The notes: generated from the letters alone by a model not told the origin. Positions 40,173 to 50,269 are shown, numbered from the stretch's first letter. The stretch: DNA of 64,000 nucleotides from Candidatus Dojkabacteria bacterium (GCA_016931155.1 JAFGFJ010000010.1:564-64563), one strand, 5' to 3'. Numbers and translations: made by a program.

Positions 40173-40603
40173 AAAGCATCCTGGTCTATCGGAAAAACCC
40201 GTAAAACAGTATTAATTGCAGGAACACCTCCGAAAAAAACAGGGATAGAAATTGCCCAATAGGTTGCCTGTTGCTTAAGCTCTTTCAGTTTTTGCTCGTC
40301 ACCGCCGCTTGTCATCCACTGAAAACCAATAGCAACAAGTCCTGCAAGAAATATGAAGCCTCCAAGTGCCCATACAATGTAGAGTCCTTTTATGACCCAG
40401 ATTTCAACAAGCACCAGGGTAGGAGGTTTGGCACATTCACCTGTCAGATCATCAAAATCGCCACAATCCCCAACATCAACGGGTCTCTCGGTAACGCCCT
40501 CAGCATAAACTGAAACAGGAGAAAACAGACAACAGAAGAACAGAGCCAGCAAAACCAGTCCCGTAAATATACTCTTATATGATACTACTCCAAACAGGCT
40601 CAT
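40091..40603 (-). CDS. Pilin-like protein (Sec signal plus two-TM hairpin, VirB2/TrbC-like topology), paralog 6
   Basis: The 170-aa ORF has a signal peptide ending VYAEG, then TM1, the loop SGGDEQKLKELKQQ, and TM2. Confidence 0.55.
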   Translation of the reverse strand: MSLFGVVSYKSIFTGLVLLALFFCCLFSPVSVYAEGVTERPVDVGDCGDFDDLTGECAKPPTLVLVEIWVIKGLYIVWALGGFIFLAGLVAIGFQWMTSGGDEQKLKELKQQATYWAISIPVFFGGVPAINTVLRVFPIDQDALCMEQLTLPAFQLVFPNACTSGGGAGE

Positions 40604-41166
40604 GGTTGTACTCTTGTGTAGTTACCGCACTGTGTTACTACCGTGTTTACCTGCTTATCCTCGTCCAGCCTTCTGCATTCGTTGATACAGGCAGTACTAT
40701 TAGCGTCAACTCCATTGGTACATGATTGACATGATGCTTTATCCGGATCTGTGATACAAAAATTGTAAACTTCGGTAACTGGAGTGCTTACATTGAAGAA
40801 TACCAGAACCAGAGCAATACCAATAATTGCTATAAACAACACCGCAACCCCGGTAAGAATAGCTGTAACCGACTTCTTTGCTTCGGTCACTTTTCCTTCT
40901 TCTCCCTGGCTTGAAATGTACTTAATTGCGGCTAGAATCGAAAAGACCACTGCAACCAGAATAACAATTCCAAGTGCAATAATTATTCCAAGTCTGACCC
41001 TGGCCGTCACATAATTTGCCGGATCATTTGATGCCTCTCCGAAAATATCTCTAATAAAGTTGGGAATCAAGCTTGTTTGCGCACTTGCTGATGTCGGCAA
41101 GCCAAAAATTAAAGCAAGAAATGTAGTAACAGAAACAAGGGCGGCTACTGCATATTTCTTTTTCAT
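40600..41166 (-). CDS. Pilin-like protein, paralog 5, with a Cys-rich C-terminal tail
   Basis: The 188-aa ORF has a signal peptide (...TSASAQ), TM1, the loop SSQGEEGKVTEAKK, TM2, and a tail with eight Cys. Confidence 0.55.
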   Translation of the reverse strand: MKKKYAVAALVSVTTFLALIFGLPTSASAQTSLIPNFIRDIFGEASNDPANYVTARVRLGIIIALGIVILVAVVFSILAAIKYISSQGEEGKVTEAKKSVTAILTGVAVLFIAIIGIALVLVFFNVSTPVTEVYNFCITDPDKASCQSCTNGVDANSTACINECRRLDEDKQVNTVVTQCGNYTRVQP

Positions 41167-41331
41167 ATTTGTTATTTTAAGAGCTAATAGTGAAGTTTAT
41201 ATAATTTTCAATAACAAGTCCAGCGGTGCCGGTTTGGGATTGACAGTAGTACCGACCCGACAGATGAAGTCCAGAGTCTCACGGCGGGCACTATGATACA
41301 TATTCACGCCGATCCAGGAGAATTCGAACAA

Positions 41332-41919
41332 TCATTGCGATCCAGCGGGTGTGGTAGACTCAATACCTACCCAGCCAAGTTCTTTGAGACAAACAAGATC
41401 GCTGTAAGTCTGCCCATCATCATCAAGCCTGTTCTTAGCTTGAAACTTCAGCTCGTTCTTTTTTACTCCAGGGATTGTTGAAGTTGCTCTGCACATTTCA
41501 AGATTTTGTGCCCATTGATAGACATTTCCAAATCCAAAAAACACACCTATCAAACTAAGCACTACAAAAAAAATCAGTCCAGTAGTCAAACCAATAAACA
41601 CATTCTTCACTTCCTGGTAGCCGGATTTTATCTTGTCTTCGGCTCCCTGGCTTGAGATTATTTTAAAAACCCCGATAATGATAACTACTATCCAGACCAC
41701 AAGAAGTACTGAAAACACAAGGGAAGAAAGGTATCCGAGCAGCGAATAAATACCTCCTTCAGCAAAATTTGCTGGAACAAAAATATCAAACTTAAAATCG
41801 TCGAAAAGACCGGCTTCATCACCGGGAACGACCACCTGTGCAGAGACTCTATTCATCGAAATTAAAGAGAAAAGAACTATTGCATTTATAAAGATTATTA
41901 TTCGGGTAATTATTTTCAT
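41332..41919 (-). CDS. Pilin-like protein, paralog 4, with a Cys-containing tail
   Basis: The 195-aa ORF has a signal peptide (RVSAQ), TM1, the loop SSQGAEDKIKSGYQE, TM2 and a tail. Confidence 0.55.
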   Translation of the reverse strand: MKIITRIIIFINAIVLFSLISMNRVSAQVVVPGDEAGLFDDFKFDIFVPANFAEGGIYSLLGYLSSLVFSVLLVVWIVVIIIGVFKIISSQGAEDKIKSGYQEVKNVFIGLTTGLIFFVVLSLIGVFFGFGNVYQWAQNLEMCRATSTIPGVKKNELKFQAKNRLDDDGQTYSDLVCLKELGWVGIESTTPAGSQ

Positions 41920-42015
41920 TTCTTAAGTCTTATTTAAATATCTTACACAAACTCTTGTCTTTTACCCACCTGCCATCAATATACTGATATAAACAACATT
42001 CATGGTCTTCTGATC

Positions 42016-42588
42016 CTACAGTGCAAGACCCTCCTCTTTCTTCTCCACTCCACACGAAAGGCTGGTATTCGAATCCCAATGAGCCGCCTTAAAATCCGTC
42101 TCAAAAGTGATATCCCAGACATTTCCAAGCCCTAGAAGCAGTGAAAGTATATGAACCACAATAAAACCAATAATGGCAATTATTAGTCCCAGCATTGCAT
42201 TTTTAAAAATTGCTACCGACTTCTTCATATTTTCCTCACTGTCTCCTGCAGTTGAACGAACAAAAATCCCGTAAATTCCGTAAAAAACTGAAAGCACAAC
42301 TAAAAGACCAAAGGCAACAGTAATTCCGCTTCTTACAACCCTTGCAATACCTTCCTGTCCAGGTGAAAACTTAATACCAAAGAAATTTGTCTCTATTCCA
42401 AAGCCCTCCCCTGTACCTTCCGCCCCTTTTGAACACTCACTCACGTCTTCCCCGGCAAGTAACTTTTCTCTAACACAGTTAAAATCAAGCTCCTGTGCAA
42501 AAACTTCATTAGCGGGAAAATGAAAAACAAAACCAGCCAGTATTAAGCAGATGCATATTACTAAAATTTTTTCGGCATACTTCTTCAT
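42016..42588 (-). CDS. Pilin-like protein, paralog 3
   Basis: The 190-aa ORF has a signal peptide (VFAQE), a short Cys region, TM1, the loop TAGDSEENMKKS, and TM2. Confidence 0.55.
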   Translation of the reverse strand: MKKYAEKILVICICLILAGFVFHFPANEVFAQELDFNCVREKLLAGEDVSECSKGAEGTGEGFGIETNFFGIKFSPGQEGIARVVRSGITVAFGLLVVLSVFYGIYGIFVRSTAGDSEENMKKSVAIFKNAMLGLIIAIIGFIVVHILSLLLGLGNVWDITFETDFKAAHWDSNTSLSCGVEKKEEGLAL

Positions 42589-42602
42589 AATTTAGCTGAA
42601 AC

Positions 42603-42968
42603 CTAAGGAGTGGTCACATCTATGATATCAGGTACTCCCAGTATGTCTCCTATAAAGCTGACTATCACACTCGCAAGAACAATTATTAAAAATCCGACAA
42701 TTCCGGCCGTCAAAATCTGCATACTTTTTTTCTCTTTTTCGGGTTCTCCTGCCGCAGTAAGCCTCGTAAAACCTCCATATATGATGACTCCTATCAGAGC
42801 TATGATCGCAATTGGTCTTACAAGTCCGGTTAGCCTTGAAATAAGCCCAATAAGGTCAGAATCGCCTATCGGATTGGGAATTTGTTCAGCATGAACCCTC
42901 GAACTCAACGTAAATCCAGCAGAGAAAAGAACCAGAAACGAAATTATAAAAAAAATTATTTTTCTCAT
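42603..42968 (-). CDS. Pilin-like protein, paralog 2 (minimal form)
   Basis: The 121-aa ORF has a signal peptide (RVHAEQ), TM1, the loop AAGEPEKEKKS, and TM2. Confidence 0.55.
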   Translation of the reverse strand: MRKIIFFIISFLVLFSAGFTLSSRVHAEQIPNPIGDSDLIGLISRLTGLVRPIAIIALIGVIIYGGFTRLTAAGEPEKEKKSMQILTAGIVGFLIIVLASVIVSFIGDILGVPDIIDVTTP

Positions 42969-42996
42969 CTCCCGAATAATTTACAATAAAGTCAAA

Positions 42997-43980
42997 TCAA
43001 TTGCCAGAAGATGTAATAAATCCTTTTGGAAAGATTCCGAGTACTCTTACTCCAATAAAATCAAGAAGTGGCACCGAGATAAGGATGAGAACAAGGGCAA
43101 TCACAGCTGAAGTTATTATTTCTTTTCCTTCTTTGATTTTTTCAGGATCTCCACTGCGAATTAGAAAAGACGCTTGAATAAACCTGAATATAATCGCCAC
43201 CATAACCACAATTATGGAAAGGCGGATCAACCATGTGATAAGACCACTTCTTGAGGTATCTATACAGCCAAGAGCTGTGTAAGTATAACCGCTATCCCTG
43301 CATTTAACACAGGCAGGATCCTTGTCACAGGCACTGACAGCAATTTCGGTATTGTTAAAAACTACCCCGGCAACTCCACACTTATCTTGACATGTCTGAC
43401 CGGCAAGATCTGCCTGCGGAAAAATATCGCCATTACCACAAGTACACACACCGTTATTATAATCAGTACTCTCGACAAAAATACCATCATCATTCCGGCA
43501 GTATCCCAGTAAGTTCACTATTTCCCCGCCAGTCTTTGTAAGAGATTTTGCCGGAGTTGAACTTTTACATCCTAAAAAATATTTTCCTTCATAAGCTCCA
43601 TCTCCTGCACCTACCTGTTCACCTGGACTTATGCAATAATTTTTCTCTAGTGCTATTTCGACAAGATAGCTGCCTTCTTTTTGGCATAAACCCCTAACCC
43701 CACCAGGCAACACAGCTGCATTGACTGGTTCTTCCTGATTACCTCCAGAAATACACCAGACTCCCGACAGTCGAACATCCAGTGTATATCCAGATGAACA
43801 ACAGTAGCGATTTCCTGAAAGTGTCATAGTGTAGACCGGATAGTTCGAGGGACAATAGCATGCCGAAGATCCGTAGCCAGGAGAGTTACAATTCTCAGCT
43901 GCTTGAGCACTTTCAGGGAGTATCAGAGCAACAACAGTCAGCGATAAAACAGCCAGTACTTGTAGAAATATTTTTCTCAT
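42997..43980 (-). CDS. Pilin-like protein, paralog 1, with a large N-terminal Cys-rich ectodomain ahead of the TM hairpin
   Basis: The 327-aa ORF has a signal peptide (SAQAAE), a Cys-rich domain of about 220 aa (more than 25 Cys), TM1, the loop SGDPEKIKEGKE, and TM2. Confidence 0.55.
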   Translation of the reverse strand: MRKIFLQVLAVLSLTVVALILPESAQAAENCNSPGYGSSACYCPSNYPVYTMTLSGNRYCCSSGYTLDVRLSGVWCISGGNQEEPVNAAVLPGGVRGLCQKEGSYLVEIALEKNYCISPGEQVGAGDGAYEGKYFLGCKSSTPAKSLTKTGGEIVNLLGYCRNDDGIFVESTDYNNGVCTCGNGDIFPQADLAGQTCQDKCGVAGVVFNNTEIAVSACDKDPACVKCRDSGYTYTALGCIDTSRSGLITWLIRLSIIVVMVAIIFRFIQASFLIRSGDPEKIKEGKEIITSAVIALVLILISVPLLDFIGVRVLGIFPKGFITSSGN

Positions 43981-44005
43981 TAAGGTAAATATCCTATATT
44001 AATTT

Positions 44006-47000
44006 CTAAACTGCATCCCCGCAAATATCCCTAAAATCACAATATTTACAAACAAAGCCCGGTTTTGCACCAAAATTTCCTTTTGAAACCCCGTCCCCTA
44101 CACCTGCAACTTTTTCCTTAATTTTTTCTTCTAATTTTTTCATTCTCTCCCCTTCTGTCTCAACTTTCAACCCCTCATCTACAAACATCAGACTCAATAT
44201 TTCAGGCTCAAGTTTAAAAACCTCTCTTGCCGCCAGTGCATAGATTGCAAGCTGAAGATCTTTATCAACTTCTTTCTGTTCCCTTACCTTCCCTGTTTTG
44301 TAATCGATTATCTCAACTACCTGCTTCCCCTCTTTCGCTCCCATCAGATCCACCCTGTCTATCACACCACTTACTGTATAGTCCCCGATTTTCAGCCTAA
44401 ACGGCTGTTCGAGCAGAAACGGCCTCTGATCTTCAGAATATAACTTTTTATAAAATTCCTCAAGGGAAGTCTGTCCTCGCACATGCATTTTTTCTCTATA
44501 GGTTTTTGATCTAAATGCTCCCCCTGCCTTCGCAGTCATCGCCTCCCATTTTTCCTCGAAAATTTCTTTTAGTTTTCCCTGTGCAGGTTTTTCTTCAAAG
44601 CCGTCGAATCCTCCCTGATTCTTTTTCAAAATCTCATAAAATGCTTTAAGAGTATTGTGAATGACGCTTCCATAAACTAAAGCAGGAGCAGGAGATACTG
44701 GCACTTTCAAGATAAATTTATACTTATATTGCTTCGGACATTTCTCATAACTTTCAATCTGTGAGTAGGAAAGGTTTGCAGGCCTGTTTTTACTGAGCCC
44801 TCCTTCATACTTTTCCGCTTCATGTTCTGCTTTCTCTTTTTCTGAAAAAATACTGCTTTCATATGATTTTGGTGAGGCAAGTTTCTCCAAAACCTCTTTT
44901 TCCCCAAAAGCCTCAACTGCAAAAGGAGAAATTTTCTGCTTTCTTTTTCCCGCCCCATAATGCTGAGCGGCAGTAATGTAAAGCTTATCTTGAGCACGGG
45001 TCATACCAACATAAAATAATCTTCTTTCCTCCTGGAGATGCTCGTCTCCTTCCGGAAGTATTTCCTTAATTAGCTCTTCAGGAATAGGAATCTGATCAGA
45101 ACGGTTCGTGGAAGGAAATCTTCCCTGAGCTACATTGGGTAAAAACACTACAGGGAATTCAAGCCCTTTAGCCGAGTGAACGGTAATGATATGAACAGCG
45201 TCCATATCCGGCAAGTCGATATCTGAATAAGGAGAATCACCGAGATCTGTAACGAGATCAAGATACTGAACAAATTTATTGAGAGCCGCCATTCCTTCCT
45301 CTTTATTTGTATTCTCAAACCCTTTTATAAAATCAAAAAACTTTGCAATGTTTTGGACTTTTACTTCATTCTCCGCTTCCAGACTTTTGGCAACAACTTT
45401 TTTCTCTTTTAATTTTTTGCTTTGTTTGCCCTTGCCATTTTCCGTAAGAAACTCCAGATAGCCTGATTCTTTAATAAAATCGAGTAGAACCTCTCCAGGT
45501 GTCTTCCCATCTTTGACTTTTTCCCATGTCTTTTCAATATTTCCCACCAGGCTTTTTATTTTTTCTTTGCTTTCCTCTCTGATATCAAGATCGAGCGAGC
45601 CGTTTGTAAAATTTTGAAGAATTTTAAAAAGAGATTCCCCCTGTTCTTTCGCATTTTTGTTTATTTCAATCAACTCTTCCCCTGTCAGATCAAGAATCTC
45701 AAAATCAAGGACACCAAACATCGGCACATTATCGGAATAATCTGCAAGTATCTTCAAAATATTTATCATGTCCTTTACCTCGGGACGGAGAAAAAGCTTC
45801 TTTGCTCCACCAAACTGAAAAGGAATCCCGTGATAACGCAAGGCCTGGATTATCTCATCAGAATGATCATTTGCCCGGACAAGAATAGCAATATCAGAAT
45901 ACTCAAATCCCGTCGAATTATCTCCACTCTGAGTAAAACTCTCAAAAATCGGAAGCTCCTGATTTTCGGCAGATACTGACATATCTTTATGACTTGATTT
46001 ATCTCTATGAAGTGACTGTGTGCGGAAATTCTTTCCTTTGACAAGATGAAGTATCTCTTCAGAAATCCATTCTGCTTCGTCTGCTGCTTTGAGAAAATAG
46101 TTGAATTTGACGGCAGAACCTGTTTGTTCCTGGTCTTTTTCTATTTCACCAAAAGCTTTACCCGAAAAGGCAGTCAATTTTTTATTAATATTTTCTTTTA
46201 CTTCAAGTCTGTCCGGATTGTTATTTTGAATTACCTGATAAGAACTATCTAAAATCTGCTGGTTCGAGCGGTAATTTTCTGTGAGAACAATATTTTGAGA
46301 ATGAGGAAAGTCTTTTCTGAATTGAAGGACGTTAGATACTGCAGCTCCACGAAATCTGTAGATAGACTGGTCGTCATCTGCTACCACCGTGATGGCAGGA
46401 ATCCTCCCACTCACTGTCATCTTCTTCCGAGCTAAAGCTGGAGGCGGAGGATTCCTGCCATCACCTGTATAGGAAACCCCAACCTCAGTAGAGAGCATTT
46501 TCACAATCTCGTACTGTGCGTAATTCGTGTCCTGAAATTCATCGACCAAAATATATTTAAATTTTTCCTGCCACACTTTCAAAATGTTCGGTCTATCCCG
46601 GAAAAGCTTTAGAGTATTCGCAATAAGGTCTCCAAAATCAAAAACCGATTCCTTGACCTTTAGATCAACGTACTGCCTGTAAGCTGAAGCCAATTCTTCA
46701 ACATTGGGATACTTTTCTTTTCCTTCAGCATTCTTCGAAACTTTTTTTGCATACTCTTCATAATCTTCAGCAGAAATATCCTCATCCTGAAGCCTTGAAA
46801 AATGCTTAAGAAGAGCTCCAACAAATTTGGTTGGGTTTGACAGGGGACGGAAATACTTGAGGTCAAAATCAAATAGACGGCTCTGTACAAAATAGTAAGA
46901 CTCACTTTGATTCATCAATTTGTAGTCAGGATTCAGGCCGACATGAATCCCATCCTGCTTCAAAATCCGATCACAAAAGGCGTGAAATGTCGAAATCCAG

Positions 47001-47242
47001 ACCTCTGAATAGCCGAGAGGAAGGGCAATATCTACCCTCTCCTGCATTTCATTTGCCGCTTTTTCGGTAAATGTCAGAGCAAGAATTTCATCGGGCTTTG
47101 CTTTGCCCTGATCGATCAGCCAAACAATTCTTTCAGTAATTACTTTGGTCTTCCCCGTACCTGCTCCAGCAATAATAATAAGAGGCTCATCTGCAAAAGT
47201 TACTGCTTTCTGCTGTTCCTTGTTGAGTTTGAAGTCGGACAT
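44006..47242 (-). CDS. UvrD/PcrA-like SF1 helicase fused to a C-terminal PD-(D/E)xK (RecB/Cas4-like) nuclease with a 4-Cys FeS cluster (AddA/AdnA-like helicase-nuclease)
   Basis: The 1078-aa ORF has N-terminal UvrD motifs (Walker A AGAGTGKT, ...DEFQDTN..., VGMTRAQDKLYI). The C-terminus has CPKQYKYKF, the PD-(D/E)xK element IIDYKTGK, and CKYCDFRDICG. Confidence 0.7.
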   Translation of the reverse strand: MSDFKLNKEQQKAVTFADEPLIIIAGAGTGKTKVITERIVWLIDQGKAKPDEILALTFTEKAANEMQERVDIALPLGYSEVWISTFHAFCDRILKQDGIHVGLNPDYKLMNQSESYYFVQSRLFDFDLKYFRPLSNPTKFVGALLKHFSRLQDEDISAEDYEEYAKKVSKNAEGKEKYPNVEELASAYRQYVDLKVKESVFDFGDLIANTLKLFRDRPNILKVWQEKFKYILVDEFQDTNYAQYEIVKMLSTEVGVSYTGDGRNPPPPALARKKMTVSGRIPAITVVADDDQSIYRFRGAAVSNVLQFRKDFPHSQNIVLTENYRSNQQILDSSYQVIQNNNPDRLEVKENINKKLTAFSGKAFGEIEKDQEQTGSAVKFNYFLKAADEAEWISEEILHLVKGKNFRTQSLHRDKSSHKDMSVSAENQELPIFESFTQSGDNSTGFEYSDIAILVRANDHSDEIIQALRYHGIPFQFGGAKKLFLRPEVKDMINILKILADYSDNVPMFGVLDFEILDLTGEELIEINKNAKEQGESLFKILQNFTNGSLDLDIREESKEKIKSLVGNIEKTWEKVKDGKTPGEVLLDFIKESGYLEFLTENGKGKQSKKLKEKKVVAKSLEAENEVKVQNIAKFFDFIKGFENTNKEEGMAALNKFVQYLDLVTDLGDSPYSDIDLPDMDAVHIITVHSAKGLEFPVVFLPNVAQGRFPSTNRSDQIPIPEELIKEILPEGDEHLQEERRLFYVGMTRAQDKLYITAAQHYGAGKRKQKISPFAVEAFGEKEVLEKLASPKSYESSIFSEKEKAEHEAEKYEGGLSKNRPANLSYSQIESYEKCPKQYKYKFILKVPVSPAPALVYGSVIHNTLKAFYEILKKNQGGFDGFEEKPAQGKLKEIFEEKWEAMTAKAGGAFRSKTYREKMHVRGQTSLEEFYKKLYSEDQRPFLLEQPFRLKIGDYTVSGVIDRVDLMGAKEGKQVVEIIDYKTGKVREQKEVDKDLQLAIYALAAREVFKLEPEILSLMFVDEGLKVETEGERMKKLEEKIKEKVAGVGDGVSKGNFGAKPGFVCKYCDFRDICGDAV

Positions 47243-47407
47243 TTTCGAGGAAATTATAAGAGAAGTATAACATCAAAGGAAAAACTAAGCATTTACATAA
47301 CTGACCAGCACTATGTTAGAAAGGACAGAATATAATGCTCTCCTAATGCTTATAAAGAATCTCGTATTTCCAATTTCGTGTATTTTTAATTCATTTTTAG
47401 TGAAGCC

Positions 47408-49951
47408 TCACGGAAGATCTCTTAGACTGGAGAGCTCTATCTTACTCCCGCTCTTGATTTTGCCTTCGATTATCATTTTCGCAAGTGAATTTACAACCCT
47501 CTCCTGAACAACCCTCCTAAGCTCACGACCCCCATAGACCGGATTGTATCCCAGTTCACCAAGCTCCTCCAAAAGTCTTACTGAATAAGCCATTGCTATC
47601 CCCTTCTCCTTCAGCTTCTCCTGCTCTTTTTTCATAAACAGGTCTGCAACCTGCACTACTTCCTCCTTACTCAAAGGCTTGAACATCACAACTTTATCAA
47701 ACCTGTTCAACAACTCCACTTTGAAAGTTTCTCTGAGCTTTGGCATAATTACATCATAGACTTCATCATAGTTTTCTCCTGCCTCAAGTTTTTCAGCTAT
47801 ATCTTTTGAGCTGGCATTTGATGTGGCCACAATTATTGTATTTGTAAAATCAACCTTCCTTCCCAGCCCGTCCTTGATTTGACCTTCATCCAGAATTTGC
47901 AAAAACAAATCAAGCACCTTTGGATAAGCTTTCTCTATTTCATCCAGAAGAATTAGAGAATAAGACTTCTTCCTTACCGGTTCAGTCAAATAACCACCTT
48001 CAAACCCATCACCTTCAGGGTATCCAATTAAACGCTTCATGTTTTCTTTTTCATGATACTCGCTCATATCCAGCCTGATCATTAGTTTTTCATCACCGTA
48101 ATAAGTTTCAGCAATAGCCTTAGCCACTTCAGTCTTTCCGACACCTGTCGGTCCAAAAAACAGAAATGAAGCAATCGGCCTTCCCTCCCCAGCTAGTCCT
48201 GCCCTTGACCTTCTCAATGCATCAGCAACAGCCTTAATTGCAGGCATCTGATCAATCACTCTCTTATGCAGTAATTCCTCAAATTTCGCCAGCACTTTGC
48301 CTTCTTCTCTAGAAATTTCCCCGATTTTTACACCTACTTTTTTCGAGATAAGTTCATTTATTTGCTCCTCATTTACCGTTTTTGAAATACTTCCCGAAGC
48401 CTTTGCACAAGCTTCTTCCAGAACGTCCAAAGCCTTTTGTGGAAGTACTTTGTCATGCAAGACTTTACTCGACAGCTCGACAGCCTGTTTTACAGCATCA
48501 AAAGAAATTTTGATCTTATAGTGAGCTTCAAGAGCAGGCACCATATCAATCAAAATCTGCTGAGCTACCATGTTAGTAGGTTCTTCCATTGTCAAAATAT
48601 CAAGGAATTTCATCAAACCTGTCCTCGGGTTCACCTCTTTCTTATATGTCTCATTTGTAGCAGTAATAACCAGACGTATCTCGTGTCTATCAAGAGCATC
48701 AACAATAACCGAGACAATCTCTTCAGCAAGTTCGGATCTACCCGAAAGTAACTGAACAACATCCTCAAAAACCAGAATAACGTTTTTTGCTTTTGCCGTA
48801 TCTGCAAATACCTTTCCCAGTTTCTTTTTAAAGCTTTCTATGTTTCTTGAAGTTGCAGAAGCCTTGGCAATATCAAAACTGACAAGTCTCATATCACGGA
48901 GATTTTTCGGGACATCCTCAACAACCATCCTTACTCCAAGGCTCTTTAGAAGCGTAGTTTTTCCGACACCCGGATCTCCGATAAGCAAAACTGCACTTTT
49001 TTTACCTTTGGACAAAAGATCGATTAGTTCCTGGAGTTCTTTTTCCCTTGCAATAGAAAAAGTGAAATCACCTTTGATAACATCAACTGTATAATCCCTA
49101 CTGAATTTATTGAGAGTACCTGCAAAACCTGATGTATAAGCTCTATTCACAACACTTATCGGTTTGAATGGAGCTTTTTTCTTCCACATTCTCAAATAAT
49201 GTTTTTTCTTTTCCTCATTTTTTATCCAGAGCAGTAGACCCTCCACCTCTTCAGGTCTGGCTTCTTTTTCAAGCAAAACCTGCTTCAACTCGTTCCTGGC
49301 AAGATAAAAAAATACTGCCCTTTCGTCTACATATTCAAAGTTGTGTTCGTAGGCAAGTTCAAAAGCACCAACCATCGTCCTGGCAAAAAACTCTTTGAAG
49401 TCTGAAGTAAGAAGGTCGATCCCCGAAAGGTTTGCAGAAAGAAGTTCATGAGTTGTAAGCCCAAGTCTAGTAATTACTGCATTTACATCCCTGTAGCCGG
49501 TAAGTTCACCGAGGAGTCTTTGCAGGTAATTTACTGGTTTTTCTGCGATAAGTACATCGAAAATATCAAGAATATCGAAATCAAAATAACTTGTGATCTC
49601 GATATCGTTTACACCTCTTTCCAAATCTCTTGTGACTCTACTGAGCCTGAAGTGCCTTAGTTTGTCACTAAACTCTTCAAGGTTTCTGTTGAGATAAAGC
49701 GAGTAAATAAGAAGACCTGAGGTAATAGTCAAAATTAAGTCCAGTGTGCTCCCCGATTCAGATAACAATGAAGGAAGCTCTCCAATAGAGATTTTCATAA
49801 AAAGAACAACAGGAATTACAATAATAGAAAGGATAAGAAGAAACTTCCCCAGGTATCTCTGCGCCTTATGCTCGATCTGTCTTTTCCCTCCTTTTTTTTG
49901 GATATAGTCCCAGTCAATGCTAAGTTTTATTCCTTTAAAATCCTCCAACAT
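47408..49951 (-). CDS. Membrane-anchored ClpB/ClpC-like double AAA+ ATPase
   Basis: The 847-aa ORF has two N-terminal TM helices (FLLILSIIVIPVVLF and LILTITSGLLIYSLYL), a Clp-N-like region, AAA1 with LLIGDPGVGKTTL, and AAA2 with FLFFGPTGVGKTEVAKAIAE and a sensor/arginine region. Confidence 0.65.
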   Translation of the reverse strand: MLEDFKGIKLSIDWDYIQKKGGKRQIEHKAQRYLGKFLLILSIIVIPVVLFMKISIGELPSLLSESGSTLDLILTITSGLLIYSLYLNRNLEEFSDKLRHFRLSRVTRDLERGVNDIEITSYFDFDILDIFDVLIAEKPVNYLQRLLGELTGYRDVNAVITRLGLTTHELLSANLSGIDLLTSDFKEFFARTMVGAFELAYEHNFEYVDERAVFFYLARNELKQVLLEKEARPEEVEGLLLWIKNEEKKKHYLRMWKKKAPFKPISVVNRAYTSGFAGTLNKFSRDYTVDVIKGDFTFSIAREKELQELIDLLSKGKKSAVLLIGDPGVGKTTLLKSLGVRMVVEDVPKNLRDMRLVSFDIAKASATSRNIESFKKKLGKVFADTAKAKNVILVFEDVVQLLSGRSELAEEIVSVIVDALDRHEIRLVITATNETYKKEVNPRTGLMKFLDILTMEEPTNMVAQQILIDMVPALEAHYKIKISFDAVKQAVELSSKVLHDKVLPQKALDVLEEACAKASGSISKTVNEEQINELISKKVGVKIGEISREEGKVLAKFEELLHKRVIDQMPAIKAVADALRRSRAGLAGEGRPIASFLFFGPTGVGKTEVAKAIAETYYGDEKLMIRLDMSEYHEKENMKRLIGYPEGDGFEGGYLTEPVRKKSYSLILLDEIEKAYPKVLDLFLQILDEGQIKDGLGRKVDFTNTIIVATSNASSKDIAEKLEAGENYDEVYDVIMPKLRETFKVELLNRFDKVVMFKPLSKEEVVQVADLFMKKEQEKLKEKGIAMAYSVRLLEELGELGYNPVYGGRELRRVVQERVVNSLAKMIIEGKIKSGSKIELSSLRDLP

Positions 49952-50269
49952 TTAAATAAAAATAATAAGCCGATAAATAATTACTATTGGCAGGGCAAAA
50001 TACGCAAGAGAAACTCCCCACAAAGGTATACCCGCAAGAAGAAAAATAATAAACCCGCTGAATCCCCACACTAATCTGATTACAAAACTTATAAACCTGC
50101 CCGTCAATGAGTAGTCCTGGTAAAGAGGTACGAATAGGTTTGCAAGCATAGGTACAACATTCAAAATTCCAAGGACATACATCCAGTGCCTGAAAATCCC
50201 ACTGATAATGCTTTTTCCTTTAACGTAGTACCACCAGATCCAGAAATTTATCAGATAGTCTTTGATCAT
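49952..50269 (-). CDS. Small 3-TM membrane protein immediately upstream of, and abutting, the Clp-like ATPase
   Basis: A 105-aa hydrophobic ORF whose stop abuts the start codon of 47408..49951. Confidence 0.45.
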   Translation of the reverse strand: MIKDYLINFWIWWYYVKGKSIISGIFRHWMYVLGILNVVPMLANLFVPLYQDYSLTGRFISFVIRLVWGFSGFIIFLLAGIPLWGVSLAYFALPIVIIYRLIIFI

